From the NCBI GenBank assembly GCA_963746295.1, contig CAVVAQ010000028.1:1-64000 (forward strand): a DNA stretch of 64,000 bases. The letters are read 5' to 3'. This DNA is from an uncultured Nitrospira sp. (GTDB lineage Bacteria; Nitrospirota; Thermodesulfovibrionia; Thermodesulfovibrionales; UBA6898). The notes under the pieces were generated by a model that made no database searches, had not been told where the DNA came from, and worked only from the letters and a program-made list of their open reading frames with translations. The translations under genes were made by a program, and so were the position numbers. Each line of letters opens with the position of its first letter. The stretch's first letter is position 1. Below, one piece after another: positions 21,887-31,412 of this stretch.

Positions 21887-23168
21887 AAACCTCGAAATAG
21901 AATCCGTAGCTTTAGGGAGTCCGGCTTCAAAGGCCGGGCTTCAGCAGGGCGACATGCTGCTCTCTATCAATTCACATCCGTTGCACGATGTCATCGACTA
22001 TATGTTCAATAAAGACTCCGATGAACTTGAAATAGAATTCATGCGCAAAACCGTTAGAAGTAATGTCCTGATCTCTTTGGTAAATAATGAAGACCTCGGA
22101 ATAACAGTGAGACCCTTCAAGGTGAGAATTTGCAGGAACAACTGTATCTTCTGTTTTGTAAAGCAGCTGCCAGGGGGACTGAGAAAATCCCTCTATATTA
22201 AGGATGAGGATTACCGCCTTTCGTTCCTGTATGGCAACTATATGACGTTGTCCAACATAACCCAGGCAGACAAAAAGAGGATCGTGGAACAAAGATTGAG
22301 CCCCCTCTACCTGTCTGTCCATACGACCAATACGTCCCTCCGGAACAGGATGCTGGGTAATCCCAAAGCACCGGATATCATGAAAGAACTGAAATTCTTT
22401 GCAGGCAGGAAAATCCGGATGCATATCCAGATAGTCCTCTGCCCGGGGTACAACGACGGAAGGGAACTGGAGAACACCATCAGGGACATTTATAAATTTT
22501 ACCCGTATGTCTGCTCAGTCGCCGTTGTCCCTGTGGGACTGACAAAACACAGGAAGCAGGACCTCAAGCCGGTAACGAAAGAAGATGCTCTTGCAGCTCT
22601 GGCTATCGTTGAGTTATTTCAAAAAAGATTCAAGAAGAAACATGGAGAACCGATCGTCTATTGCTCCGACGAATTGTATATCAAGGCAGAAAAGCCATTT
22701 CCGCCTTTAAAAGAGTACGGTGCTCTTTCCCAGATCGAAAACGGCGTCGGGATGGTTCCGCTTTTTATCAGCCAGGCCAGGAAAGCCAGAAGTCCCAAAA
22801 CACTGTCCGGTAAAAAGAAATTCCTTACGTTCACCGGCAAGTCATTCTATCCTTATCTGACAAAATTCGTCAGTCGTATCACCGAGCAGGAGAACGTCAA
22901 TATTACGGTTGTATCTGTAGAAAATGATTTTTTTGGCCGGTCAGTCACGGTTACCGGTCTGCTGACAGGACGGGATATCATTAAATCAGTGCTCGAAAAT
23001 GCTGATGCACACGACATCCTGATCGTGCCTGATGTTGTTCTGAGAGAAGGCGACACGGTTTTCCTCGACAACGTCTCTCTCCGGGGCATTGAAGATGCAA
23101 CAGGACTGAAAACCGTGGTAACCGACGGGACACCGCAGGGGTTTCTTGATACGATCAGCGGCTTTTAA
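21873..23168 (+). CDS. DUF512 protein (PDZ + radical-SAM-like Fe-S domain)
   Basis: PDZ GSPASKAGLQQGD, CRNNCIFC, KDEDYRLSFLYGNY, QIENGVG and VTVTGLLTG. Confidence 0.9.
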   Translation: MSTHKNLEIESVALGSPASKAGLQQGDMLLSINSHPLHDVIDYMFNKDSDELEIEFMRKTVRSNVLISLVNNEDLGITVRPFKVRICRNNCIFCFVKQLPGGLRKSLYIKDEDYRLSFLYGNYMTLSNITQADKKRIVEQRLSPLYLSVHTTNTSLRNRMLGNPKAPDIMKELKFFAGRKIRMHIQIVLCPGYNDGRELENTIRDIYKFYPYVCSVAVVPVGLTKHRKQDLKPVTKEDALAALAIVELFQKRFKKKHGEPIVYCSDELYIKAEKPFPPLKEYGALSQIENGVGMVPLFISQARKARSPKTLSGKKKFLTFTGKSFYPYLTKFVSRITEQENVNITVVSVENDFFGRSVTVTGLLTGRDIIKSVLENADAHDILIVPDVVLREGDTVFLDNVSLRGIEDATGLKTVVTDGTPQGFLDTISGF

Positions 23169-23209
23169 GCAGGAAAGAACTTTCATTTGAACCAGGGAAG
23201 GAGATAACA

Positions 23210-24034
23210 GTGAAAATAACGGGGAAAACAAGAATAACGGGCCTCTTTGGTTATCCGGTCGAGCATACCTTGTCACCGTTGATGCATAATGCTGCTTTCG
23301 GGCACCTTGAAATGGATTACTGCTACCTTCCTTTTTCGGTCCGTCCGGATTTTCTTCAGCCTGCGGTTGCGGCGATACGGGCCCTCAATCTCGCAGGAGT
23401 AAATATTACCATTCCCCACAAGGAATCTGTCATCCCCTATCTTGACAGCGTCGATGAAGAAGCCTTATTTATCGGCGCAGTCAATACGATCGTCCATCGG
23501 GAAGGAAAACTCATCGGTTACAATACTGACGGCAGGGGCTTTATGCGTTCACTTTCTGAGAATGCTGTTTCTGCTGAGAACAAGAAGGTGCTCATCATAG
23601 GAGCCGGGGGAGCTTCACGGGCGATCTCTTATTATCTGAGCGAAAAAGCAGACACACTCTGTCTTTTCGATATCGACAAAATCAGAGTGGAAAAACTTGC
23701 CTCTGATCTCTCTGAGATCAGAGATAATATTTCTGTACTCAGCGATATTGCTCAGATAGACGCCTTTGACGTGTTGATCAATGCAACCCCGCTTGGTCTG
23801 AAAGCAACAGACCCCCTTCCTCTGGATGTCTCCGCTCTTTCCTCAAGCCAGATTGTTTGCGATCTGCTCTACAAAAAGACACCCCTTCAATCCCTCGCCT
23901 CACAAAAGGGATGTAAAACGCTCGATGGACTCGGGATGCTTCTCTGGCAGGGAGTACTCGCTTTTGAGCTCTGGACCAGGACATCACCTCCTGTCGAAAT
24001 CATGAGAAGCGCCCTGATGAGCGGAATGAAATAG
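23210..24034 (+). CDS. aroE: Shikimate dehydrogenase
   Basis: HTLSPLMH, NITIPHK, GAVNT, GYNTDG, GAGGAS, NATPLG and GMLLWQG. Confidence 0.96.
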   Translation: MKITGKTRITGLFGYPVEHTLSPLMHNAAFGHLEMDYCYLPFSVRPDFLQPAVAAIRALNLAGVNITIPHKESVIPYLDSVDEEALFIGAVNTIVHREGKLIGYNTDGRGFMRSLSENAVSAENKKVLIIGAGGASRAISYYLSEKADTLCLFDIDKIRVEKLASDLSEIRDNISVLSDIAQIDAFDVLINATPLGLKATDPLPLDVSALSSSQIVCDLLYKKTPLQSLASQKGCKTLDGLGMLLWQGVLAFELWTRTSPPVEIMRSALMSGMK

Positions 24035-24110
24035 CTAATTATTTTTTCAGTGCGTTCTCTATCGCAAACCGTGAAAAAAATCAAGCAAAAAGTGCGTTGT
24101 GCTGCAATTC

Positions 24111-24125
24111 TGGCACAATAATTGC
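24111..24125 (+). promoter_or_regulatory. Sigma54 (-24/-12) site
   Basis: TGGCACAATAATTGC = TGGCAC-N5-TTGC with exact GG-N10-GC spacing, upstream of the lptCAB-rpoN operon. Confidence 0.7.
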
Positions 24126-24126
24126 C

Positions 24127-24155
24127 TTTACTTAAAACTCACCGTGTGATAAACT
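24127..24155 (+). promoter_or_regulatory. Sigma70-type promoter of lptC (probably leaderless)
   Basis: TTTACT-N17-TAAACT with TG extension. The ATG at 24161 is 5 nt after the -10 and has no SD. Confidence 0.55.
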
Positions 24156-24160
24156 TTTTT

Positions 24161-24673
24161 ATGAAAAAAAGTCTTCTGGTCCTTGCTTCATTTTTGCTTT
24201 TTTCCGTTTTTTTCTTTATGGCTGGTGGGGAGAAAACGAACAAGCTTGATATACGTTTCAAAGGAGAATCTTTTTTCGAGGGTTTGAAGATTGTCCAGAA
24301 AAAAAACGGCATTCAGAACTGGATTTTGACTGCAAAACGGGCTGATATATCGAAAGACGGGGACAAAGCCGCCCTTGTCGGAGTAGAAGTTGACGTAAAG
24401 AACAGAGGGGTCATGATTTACGCAGAAAAAGGCACTTATAATCTGAATACAAAAAAAATGTTTGTCGAGGGAGCTATCACTGCAAAAAGCAAAGACTATT
24501 CGATTACTACCGGGCAGCTTGAAATCGACAGCACTGCAGGATTGCTGACGACAGACAGCGACATACACATTGAAGGCAGGAAATTCAGCTTACAGGGCAA
24601 AGGCATGGAAATCATCAATGGCGGTGAAAAAGTGAGGATACTGAGTGATGTTAAAGCGATTTTTAATAATTAG
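24161..24673 (+). CDS. lptC: LPS export protein LptC
   Basis: N-terminal TM helix, W.LTA.RA and beta-jellyroll-like repeats; precedes lptA/lptB. Confidence 0.8.
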   Translation: MKKSLLVLASFLLFSVFFFMAGGEKTNKLDIRFKGESFFEGLKIVQKKNGIQNWILTAKRADISKDGDKAALVGVEVDVKNRGVMIYAEKGTYNLNTKKMFVEGAITAKSKDYSITTGQLEIDSTAGLLTTDSDIHIEGRKFSLQGKGMEIINGGEKVRILSDVKAIFNN

Positions 24674-25119
24674 TATTGTTTTCCTTCTTTTCCCTTCAAT
24701 GTCAGCACGCGCTGAAAACCAGCGAGCAGCCATAAAAGGCCCAATCACGATCACTTCAGAGACTCTTACCGCTGATAACAGGGCTCATACAGCGCTCTTC
24801 GAAAATAAGGTCGTTGCGAAAACAACGGATATCACCATTCATGCCGATAAAATGCTCGTCTTTTATACAGAAGACGGCGGAAACGTAACAAAAATCGAGG
24901 CAACCGGAAATGTAAAGGTCCTGAAGGAGTCGCGCATCATTACATCAAAAGCTGCTACCTATTATCGCCGCTGAAGACAGGGTCGTCTTCACCGGAGATC
25001 CGCGTGCAATGGATGGTGACAACGTCGTATCAGGAGATAAAATGAATTATTTCATCAAGGATGACCGCTTTCTCGTGGAAAACAGCAGGGTCATCCTTAA
25101 AAGCACGAAGGAACAATAA
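24648..25119 (+). CDS. lptA: LPS transport periplasmic protein LptA (one frameshift ~24968)
   Basis: Signal peptide, PITITSE, IHADKM and KIEATGNV; continues EDRVVFTGDP...VSGDKM in another frame to TAA at 25119. Confidence 0.88.
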
Positions 25120-25841
25120 TGCACCTGCTGGAAGCCAAAGGCCTTTACAAAAGCTACGGCAAAAAAGTTGTTCTCCAGAACATAAACCTCTCTGTTTCAA
25201 CATCTGAAATCGTGGGACTGCTCGGCCCCAACGGAGCAGGCAAAACAACGACCTTCTATAGCATTCTCGGCCTGATACGTCCTGACAGAGGCAGTATTTT
25301 CCTCGACAATGCCGATATCAGCACGCTGCCGATGTATAAGCGCGCGATGAGGGGCATAAGCTACCTCCCGCAGGAACCGTCTATTTTCAGAAAACTCTCT
25401 GTTGAAGACAATCTGAAGGCCGTTCTGGAAATCAAGGGCCTGCCAAAAGATGAAGTGGATACCGAGGTGCATGTTTTATTAAGAGAGTTTCATCTGGAAG
25501 AATTTTCAAAGAGGAATGCCTTCAAACTGTCGGGAGGAGAAAGAAGGAGGACTGAAATCGCCCGGGCGCTTGCCACCAAGCCGACCTTTATCCTTTTTGA
25601 TGAGCCCTTTGCCGGCATTGATCCCCTTGCGATTCTGGAACTGAAAAAAATGTTCACCTATCTGAAAGAAAAAGGACTTGGGATCATTATTACAGACCAC
25701 AACGTGAGGGATACGCTTTCGATCGCCGACCGTGCTTATATCATCAGTAACGGTGAGATACTCGATGAGGGCGTTCCGGATAAACTCATCGCTGCCCCGA
25801 AAGTGAAAGAAGTCTACCTGGGAGAGGAGTTCAGACTCTAA
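25119..25841 (+). CDS. lptB: LPS export ABC ATPase LptB
   Basis: GPNGAGKTT, YLPQEPSIF, LSGGERRR, DEPFAGIDP and TDHNVRDTL. Confidence 0.97.
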   Translation: MHLLEAKGLYKSYGKKVVLQNINLSVSTSEIVGLLGPNGAGKTTTFYSILGLIRPDRGSIFLDNADISTLPMYKRAMRGISYLPQEPSIFRKLSVEDNLKAVLEIKGLPKDEVDTEVHVLLREFHLEEFSKRNAFKLSGGERRRTEIARALATKPTFILFDEPFAGIDPLAILELKKMFTYLKEKGLGIIITDHNVRDTLSIADRAYIISNGEILDEGVPDKLIAAPKVKEVYLGEEFRL

Positions 25842-27281
25842 ATGGCACTGGAAAGCCGTCTTGAACTGAAGCTCGCCCAAAAGCTGGTGCTGACCCCCCA
25901 GCTTCAGATGGCGATAAAATTATTGCAGATGCCCCAGCTTGAATTGTCTCAGACGATCAATCAGGAACTCATAGAAAATCCTTTTCTTGAAGAGCTGTCG
26001 GAAATTTCTTCGGCAGAAGATCTCTCGCAGGAGGAAAAAGAGTCCTTTGAGGAAACGCCCGAGGACTCGGATGACACTGAACTTTCCCTCGAAAAATTGG
26101 CGCATTTTTCTTCTGATGATTATTTTGAAGAGCGGAGTTCAGACGGAAGAGACCTGGGATATTTTACCTCCGGGAATGTGACCCATCCGTCTTATGAATA
26201 TTTTCTCAGCACAACGCCCGATCTGTTCGAGCATTTAATCTGGCAGCTTCGTCTCTCGAAAGAACCTGAGAAAATCAGGGAGATCGCTGAACTTATCATC
26301 GGCAATATTGATGAAAACGGATACCTCAGAATCTCGAATGAGGAAATTGCCGGGATGTCGGGATGTGAAGATGATGCCGTGCAAAGGGCTCTCACACTGG
26401 TCCAGAGTTTTGATCCCCCGGGAATCGCCGCAAGGGACGTAAAAGAATGCCTCCAGCTACAGCTGAGATTCATGCACATGGAGGGAACACTTGCAGAAAA
26501 GCTCGTTCTCAATAATCTGGAGCTTGTCGGAAAAAGGAAATACCAGCAGCTCTCAAGAGAATATCATGTCCCTGTCGATGACATACTCTCATCCGTCAAA
26601 ATAATTGAAGGGCTTGACCCGAAGCCTGCAAGAAAATTTTCCTCCACGGCTGCGGATTACATAACTCCGGACGTCTTCATCCTCAAAACTGACAATGGAT
26701 ATCAGATCGTCCTCAATGATGAAGGGTTGCCGAAGATAAGGATCAATAATTACTACCAGAGACTTTTGAAGCAGAAAGATGCGGTACCGAAAGAAGAGCG
26801 ACAGTTCCTCGAAGATAAGCTGCGTTCAGCAGTCTGGCTCCTGAAGAGTCTGGACCAGAGGAACAAGACAATTTACCGGGTAACGGAAAGCATTCTGACT
26901 TTTCAGAGGGATTTTTTCGACAAGGGAGTGAATGTGTTAAAGCCGCTGAATCTTAAGGATATCGCCTCTGAATTAAATCTCCATGAAAGCACCATCAGCA
27001 GGGTAACTTCCAATAAGTATCTGTCATGCCCACGCGGTATATACAGTTTCAAATACTTTTTCAGCAACGCGATCGCCAGTGATGCAGGAGAACTGTCATC
27101 CACCTCGGTAAAGGAGATGATCAGAAAAATAATATCCGAGGAGGACCAGAACAATCCCCTGAGCGATATGCGTATCGTGGATATATTCAAGGGCAAGAAC
27201 ATCACCATCGCGAGAAGAACAATAGCAAAGTATCGTGACGAACTCAAAATACGCCCCCAGAGTCAGAGGAGAAAATCGTAA
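25842..27281 (+). CDS. rpoN: RNA polymerase sigma-54 factor
   Basis: QLQMAIKLLQM region I, HESTISR, and the RpoN box ARRTIAKYR. Confidence 0.98.
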   Translation: MALESRLELKLAQKLVLTPQLQMAIKLLQMPQLELSQTINQELIENPFLEELSEISSAEDLSQEEKESFEETPEDSDDTELSLEKLAHFSSDDYFEERSSDGRDLGYFTSGNVTHPSYEYFLSTTPDLFEHLIWQLRLSKEPEKIREIAELIIGNIDENGYLRISNEEIAGMSGCEDDAVQRALTLVQSFDPPGIAARDVKECLQLQLRFMHMEGTLAEKLVLNNLELVGKRKYQQLSREYHVPVDDILSSVKIIEGLDPKPARKFSSTAADYITPDVFILKTDNGYQIVLNDEGLPKIRINNYYQRLLKQKDAVPKEERQFLEDKLRSAVWLLKSLDQRNKTIYRVTESILTFQRDFFDKGVNVLKPLNLKDIASELNLHESTISRVTSNKYLSCPRGIYSFKYFFSNAIASDAGELSSTSVKEMIRKIISEEDQNNPLSDMRIVDIFKGKNITIARRTIAKYRDELKIRPQSQRRKS

Positions 27282-27323
27282 ACGGAAAATATTTTATCAC
27301 TTTAATAGGAGAAGGAGAAAACT

Positions 27324-27848
27324 ATGAACATCCTGGTCAACGGAAGGCACCTTGAAATAACACCCGCACTCAAGAAGTATGCCGAAGAAAAAATCAAAAA
27401 ATTCGAACGGTATTCATCCGACATAACAGAGGCGACGGTAACGCTCAGTGTTGAAAAATACCGTCATAAGGCTGAAGTCCAGCTGAAGGCAAACGGGATA
27501 CTGATACAGGCAGAGAGCGTTACCGGAGAGATCTACTCCGCGATCGATGAAGTATCTGAAAAACTTGACCGTCAGGTCAAGAAATACAAAGAGAAACTCG
27601 TCTCACACAGAAAAAGCCCTGCCAAAACAGCCGGGACAGCCCCTGAATCGTCTTCTCTGTACGAAGGTGCCCGAATCATAAAGAACAAGCGCTTTGAGCT
27701 GAAACCGATGAGTTCGGATGAGGCGGCCATGCAGATGGAGCTTCTCGATAAAAGCTTTTTCGTTTTTATAAATGATATCAGCGGAGATATCAATGTCATC
27801 TACCGGAGACAGGACGGCAATTTCGGCCTCATCGAACCGGTTAAATAA
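27324..27848 (+). CDS. hpf: Ribosome hibernation promoting factor (long HPF)
   Basis: GRHLEITPALK.Y, YSAIDE...KLDRQVKKYK, and C-terminal KPMS.DEAAMQM...NVIYRRQDG.FGLIEP. Confidence 0.95.
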   Translation: MNILVNGRHLEITPALKKYAEEKIKKFERYSSDITEATVTLSVEKYRHKAEVQLKANGILIQAESVTGEIYSAIDEVSEKLDRQVKKYKEKLVSHRKSPAKTAGTAPESSSLYEGARIIKNKRFELKPMSSDEAAMQMELLDKSFFVFINDISGDINVIYRRQDGNFGLIEPVK

Positions 27849-27856
27849 CTCAGTTC

Positions 27857-28759
27857 ATGGTGAACAGAAGATCTTCACGAGCAAAAGCCAGACCGGACTC
27901 TGAGAAAAAGAGACCCTCCTCCCGCGTTCTCATTATTACGGGACTGTCCGGTTCGGGCAAGACCGTTGCTCTGCGGGCAGTTGAAGACACGGATTTTTTC
28001 TGTGTCGACAACCTTCCGGTTTCCCTCATCGGTTCACTCATCGCAAAAATCTCCGGCCAGACTGATACACGCAATATCGCGATGAGCATTGATATACGTG
28101 AAAAAGAGTTTCTTCCCGATTTCGCCGGGGCTTTGAATGCGCTCAGGAAGAAATATCGTTTTGAAATACTTTTTCTCGAAGCTGAGCCCGATGTGCTGAT
28201 CCGGAGATTTAAGGAGACCCGCAGACCGCATCCTCTTGGCGGTGATATAGAACATGCCGTTGCGACAGAGCAGAAGATACTTGCCCCTCTCAAAGAGAAC
28301 GCGGACAGAATTATCGACACTTCATCACTATCTCCGCACCAGCTGAGGAAACTCGTCTCATCGATGTATGATTCGGCGCACGTACAGAAGGACCTTTCGG
28401 TAAGCCTTATTTCGTTCGGATTTAAGTACGGCGTCTCCCAGAATATCGACCTTCTTTTCGATGTGAGGTTTTTACCGAATCCTCACTTTATCCCGGTCCT
28501 CAAGGAGTTAAACGGAACAGACAAAAAAGTGGCTGACTTTGTGCTCGGGCACGCTCAGACGAAGGTGTTCATTCAAAAGGTAAGGGATCTCCTGAATTTT
28601 CTCATTCCGCTTTATGTGAAAGAGGGAAAGTCGTACCTTTCTATTGCCTTTGGATGCACGGGAGGAAAACACCGGTCTCCTGCCATAACAGAAGAAATAT
28701 CAAGACTCATCAGGAAAAAAAATATTGATTTGCATGTGGTTCACCGCGACTTGTCATGA
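27857..28759 (+). CDS. rapZ: RNase adapter RapZ/YvcJ
   Basis: GLSGSGKT, CVDNLP, RRFKETRRPHPL, SFGFKYG, FDVRFLPNP and GCTGGKHRS. Confidence 0.96.
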   Translation: MVNRRSSRAKARPDSEKKRPSSRVLIITGLSGSGKTVALRAVEDTDFFCVDNLPVSLIGSLIAKISGQTDTRNIAMSIDIREKEFLPDFAGALNALRKKYRFEILFLEAEPDVLIRRFKETRRPHPLGGDIEHAVATEQKILAPLKENADRIIDTSSLSPHQLRKLVSSMYDSAHVQKDLSVSLISFGFKYGVSQNIDLLFDVRFLPNPHFIPVLKELNGTDKKVADFVLGHAQTKVFIQKVRDLLNFLIPLYVKEGKSYLSIAFGCTGGKHRSPAITEEISRLIRKKNIDLHVVHRDLS

Positions 28760-28774
28760 TATACTAGGGGTGCG

Positions 28775-29932
28775 ATGATATATTTGGATAATAATGCATC
28801 CACCCCGGTTGACCCTGAAGTTTCAGATGCAATGTTCTCCTGCCTGAAAAGAGATTTTGGAAATCCTTCCAGCAGTCATCTGGCCGGGAAAAGGGCAAGA
28901 GAAGTAATAGAGACCTCGCGCACCTCGGTTGCGGCACTCCTGGAGTGCTCTGAAAATGAAATTTTTTTTACCTCCGGTGGAACGGAATCCAATAATCTCG
29001 CGCTGCTGGGAACAGCATTGCCTCACCGGTCCGGTCATATCATAACATCAGGAATCGAACACCCTTCTGTGTTCAATGTTGTAAAGCACCTCGAATCCAG
29101 GGGTTTTGAGGTTACGTATATCGGCGTTGACAGCACCGGGATTGTTGATCCTGAGGAGGTCGGGAAATCCATAACAAAAAATACAATGCTCATATCGGTC
29201 ATGCACTCAAATAACGAAACAGGAGTTATTCAACCTATCGAAGATATCGGGCTTCTCGCCAAGAAGCATGGGATAGCTTTTCATGTCGATGCCGCCCAAT
29301 CGATAGGAAAAATGTTTTTTACGCTGAAAAACTCACCGATAGACATGCTCACGATCGTTCCGCATAAATTTTACGGTCCTAAAGGGGCCGGCGCACTCTA
29401 TATAAGACAAGGGGTGAAACTGTCACCATTGATGTTCGGTGCAGATCATGAGAGGAACGTACGCCCCGGCACGGAGAATGTCCCCGGGATTGCGGGTTTT
29501 GCAAAGGCCTCCCAGATAGCAATGAGAGACCTTGATCTCAGGGTCGCCCATACCGTGCAGTTACGGGAAAGCCTTTTCCAGAAACTTCAGTACGGCATTC
29601 CGGATCTTATCCTGAACGGCCATCACACAAAGAGGCTTCCCAATACATTAAATATTTGTGTCCCCGGTATATCTTCTGCTGATCTTGTCACTACGATCAG
29701 TGATAAAGTAGCAATCTCGTCAGGATCAGCCTGTCACTCCGGCAGGCAAACACCTTCACGGGTATTGAAATCCATGGGACTTTCCGACCAGAGCGCCCTC
29801 TCTTCTGTCAGGGTGAGTATCGGCAAAGACAATACTGAAGACGAGATCCGGCAGGCTGCTGAAATTATTACGGCCGCTGTCCTCGATCTGAAAAAAAACC
29901 CGCAGATTAACCCGTCGCACTGTAAAATCTGA
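28775..29932 (+). CDS. Cysteine desulfurase (IscS/NifS group I)
   Basis: YLDNNAST, FGNPSS, FTSGGTE, HKFYGPKG, RPGTENV and SSGSAC. Confidence 0.93.
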   Translation: MIYLDNNASTPVDPEVSDAMFSCLKRDFGNPSSSHLAGKRAREVIETSRTSVAALLECSENEIFFTSGGTESNNLALLGTALPHRSGHIITSGIEHPSVFNVVKHLESRGFEVTYIGVDSTGIVDPEEVGKSITKNTMLISVMHSNNETGVIQPIEDIGLLAKKHGIAFHVDAAQSIGKMFFTLKNSPIDMLTIVPHKFYGPKGAGALYIRQGVKLSPLMFGADHERNVRPGTENVPGIAGFAKASQIAMRDLDLRVAHTVQLRESLFQKLQYGIPDLILNGHHTKRLPNTLNICVPGISSADLVTTISDKVAISSGSACHSGRQTPSRVLKSMGLSDQSALSSVRVSIGKDNTEDEIRQAAEIITAAVLDLKKNPQINPSHCKI

Positions 29933-30003
29933 GTCCCCGAAATCTTTCGCTGACCTACGCTTGCTGCCATCTGATTCATGACCGTTCTTTCTCCTGATTT
30001 TAT

Positions 30004-30032
30004 CTGACTTTTTTTCATTAATGTGTTATATT
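30004..30032 (+). promoter_or_regulatory. Sigma70-type promoter of csp1
   Basis: CTGACT-N17-TATATT with TG extension. Confidence 0.55.
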
Positions 30033-30046
30033 ATTTCCGAAGTGTC

Positions 30047-30101
30047 AGAAGTTATTTGATCAGAAGACCTCAAAGACTTTTAGCTTTGCGGTCTTTTTTT
30101 T
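30047..30101 (+). promoter_or_regulatory. 5'-leader terminator/attenuator hairpin (copy 1) upstream of csp1
   Basis: AGAAGTT...AAGACC-T-CAAAG-ACTTTTAG-CTTTG-C-GGTC followed by a T8 run, between promoter and SD. Confidence 0.72.
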
Positions 30102-30145
30102 GTCGGAACCCTGAGACTTTAGTCTAAACAGAGGAGGTAACCGAA

Positions 30146-30346
30146 ATGGCTAACGGAACAGTAAAGTGGTTTAACGAGTCAAAGGGATTCGGCTTTATTA
30201 CAAGCGAAGACGCCGGTGATGTTTTTGTCCACTATTCATCCATTCAGAGTAATGGATTTAAGTCGCTTGCCGAAGGTGACGCAGTCACCTTTGATATCGA
30301 AAAAGGTCCCAAGGGACCCAAGGCAATCAACGTGTCAAAAGTATAA
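30146..30346 (+). CDS. cspA: Cold-shock protein (CSD), copy 1
   Basis: [15 protein letters not shown] (RNP1) and DVFVHYS (RNP2); SD GAGGAGG. Confidence 0.97.
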   Translation: MANGTVKWFNESKGFGFITSEDAGDVFVHYSSIQSNGFKSLAEGDAVTFDIEKGPKGPKAINVSKV

Positions 30347-30361
30347 TTCACATTGACGAAA

Positions 30362-30401
30362 AAACCCCCCTCTCTCCTGACTACGGGGGAGAGGGGGGTT
30401 T
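30362..30401 (+). terminator. Intrinsic terminator after csp1 (possibly bidirectional)
   Basis: AAACCCCCCTCTCTCC/GGGGAGAGGGGGGTTT inverted repeat. Confidence 0.75.
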
Positions 30402-30642
30402 CGCAAAAAAAAAGAATTGCCTCATGAAATAAAAAAAGGAGCATCGGAAGATCACGGTTGTAAGGGCTAAAAAGCGTTTCCCCGCCATCAGAGATATCGC
30501 GACACAAAACTGCTTCAGAATAAGGACTGATCCTGTGCTACACGCCTTGAACGCTTCCCCTGTAAGAATTTGCCATTCTGTTCAACAAAAACCGGAAACG
30601 ATTATTCAGCCTTTTTTGAAAAGAGCGTCTTCAACGCGGGAA

Positions 30643-30837
30643 TCAGTCTTTCCTCTTGAATTTTTGAGCCTTCAACCTCTTCTTCAGCGCTTCTCTGCTT
30701 TTTCTTTTTGATTTCACAGAAGGTTTTTCATAAAAGCTCCTCTGTTTGATCTCCTTGAACAATCCATCCTTCTGAAGCTGCCGCTTAAGCGATTTCAGCG
30801 CTTTTTCTACATCATTTGCATAGACTTTTATATCCAA
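30643..30837 (-). CDS. rpsU: 30S ribosomal protein S21
   Basis: VEKALKSLKR...GLFKEIKQRSFYEKPSVK; TTG start 6 nt after the RRM stop. Confidence 0.93.
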   Translation of the reverse strand: MDIKVYANDVEKALKSLKRQLQKDGLFKEIKQRSFYEKPSVKSKRKSREALKKRLKAQKFKRKD

Positions 30838-30843
30838 AATAGT

Positions 30844-31188
30844 TTATCTCCGACCGCTTCCCTGACCGCCTCTGCCTCCGCCACCACCGTAACCACCTCT
30901 GCCGCCACCGCCTCCAAAACCTCCGCGCTTTTCCCTCGGCTGCTGCGGCTTTGCCTCGGCAACTGTTATAGACCGTTCCATGAAATTCGAGCCATTCAGG
31001 TCATCAATCGCCTTTTTTGCGGCTTCTTCGTTCGCCATTTCCACAAAACCGAATCCTTTGGGATTTCCGGTATGCGCATCAGTGATGATTTTAACTGATT
31101 CTACCTCTCCGCTCCTCGAAAAAAGCTCCCTAATATCTTCTTCGGTTGCCTTGAAAGAAATGTTTCCTACATAAAGCTTCTTTTCCAT
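30844..31188 (-). CDS. RRM RNA-binding protein with Gly-rich tail (Rbp-like)
   Basis: KLYVGNI (RNP2), KGFGFVEM (RNP1), and an RGG/Gly-rich C-terminus. Confidence 0.95.
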   Translation of the reverse strand: MEKKLYVGNISFKATEEDIRELFSRSGEVESVKIITDAHTGNPKGFGFVEMANEEAAKKAIDDLNGSNFMERSITVAEAKPQQPREKRGGFGGGGGRGGYGGGGGRGGQGSGRR

Positions 31189-31217
31189 ATCTGCATCTCC
31201 TTTTCATGAAACAACTC

Positions 31218-31281
31218 AAATAAAAAACCTCAAAGACTTTCAAAGTCTCTGAGGTTTCCCTAACTCTAAAAGTTAACTTTT
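31218..31281 (-). promoter_or_regulatory. 5'-leader terminator/attenuator hairpin (copy 2) upstream of RRM-rpsU
   Basis: Minus strand reads AAAAGTT...AAACCTCAGAGACTTT-G-AAAGTCTTTGAGGTTT-TTTATTT, downstream of TTTACA-N17-TATACT (31312..31284). Confidence 0.72.
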
Positions 31282-31412
31282 ATAGTATACGCTTATCACA
31301 CAAAATTGTAAACAGGTTGCAGGTAAAAAATGTTATTACTTTTGTATAGTAGAGGACTCCCCTAACAGAGGATTATTCATTCGATAGAGACTCTGCAATT
31401 TCAGTATTTACC

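Noticed and set aside
30850..30930. GCC/CCG-rich tandem-like repeats
   Set aside because: They simply encode the Gly/RGG tail of the RRM protein.
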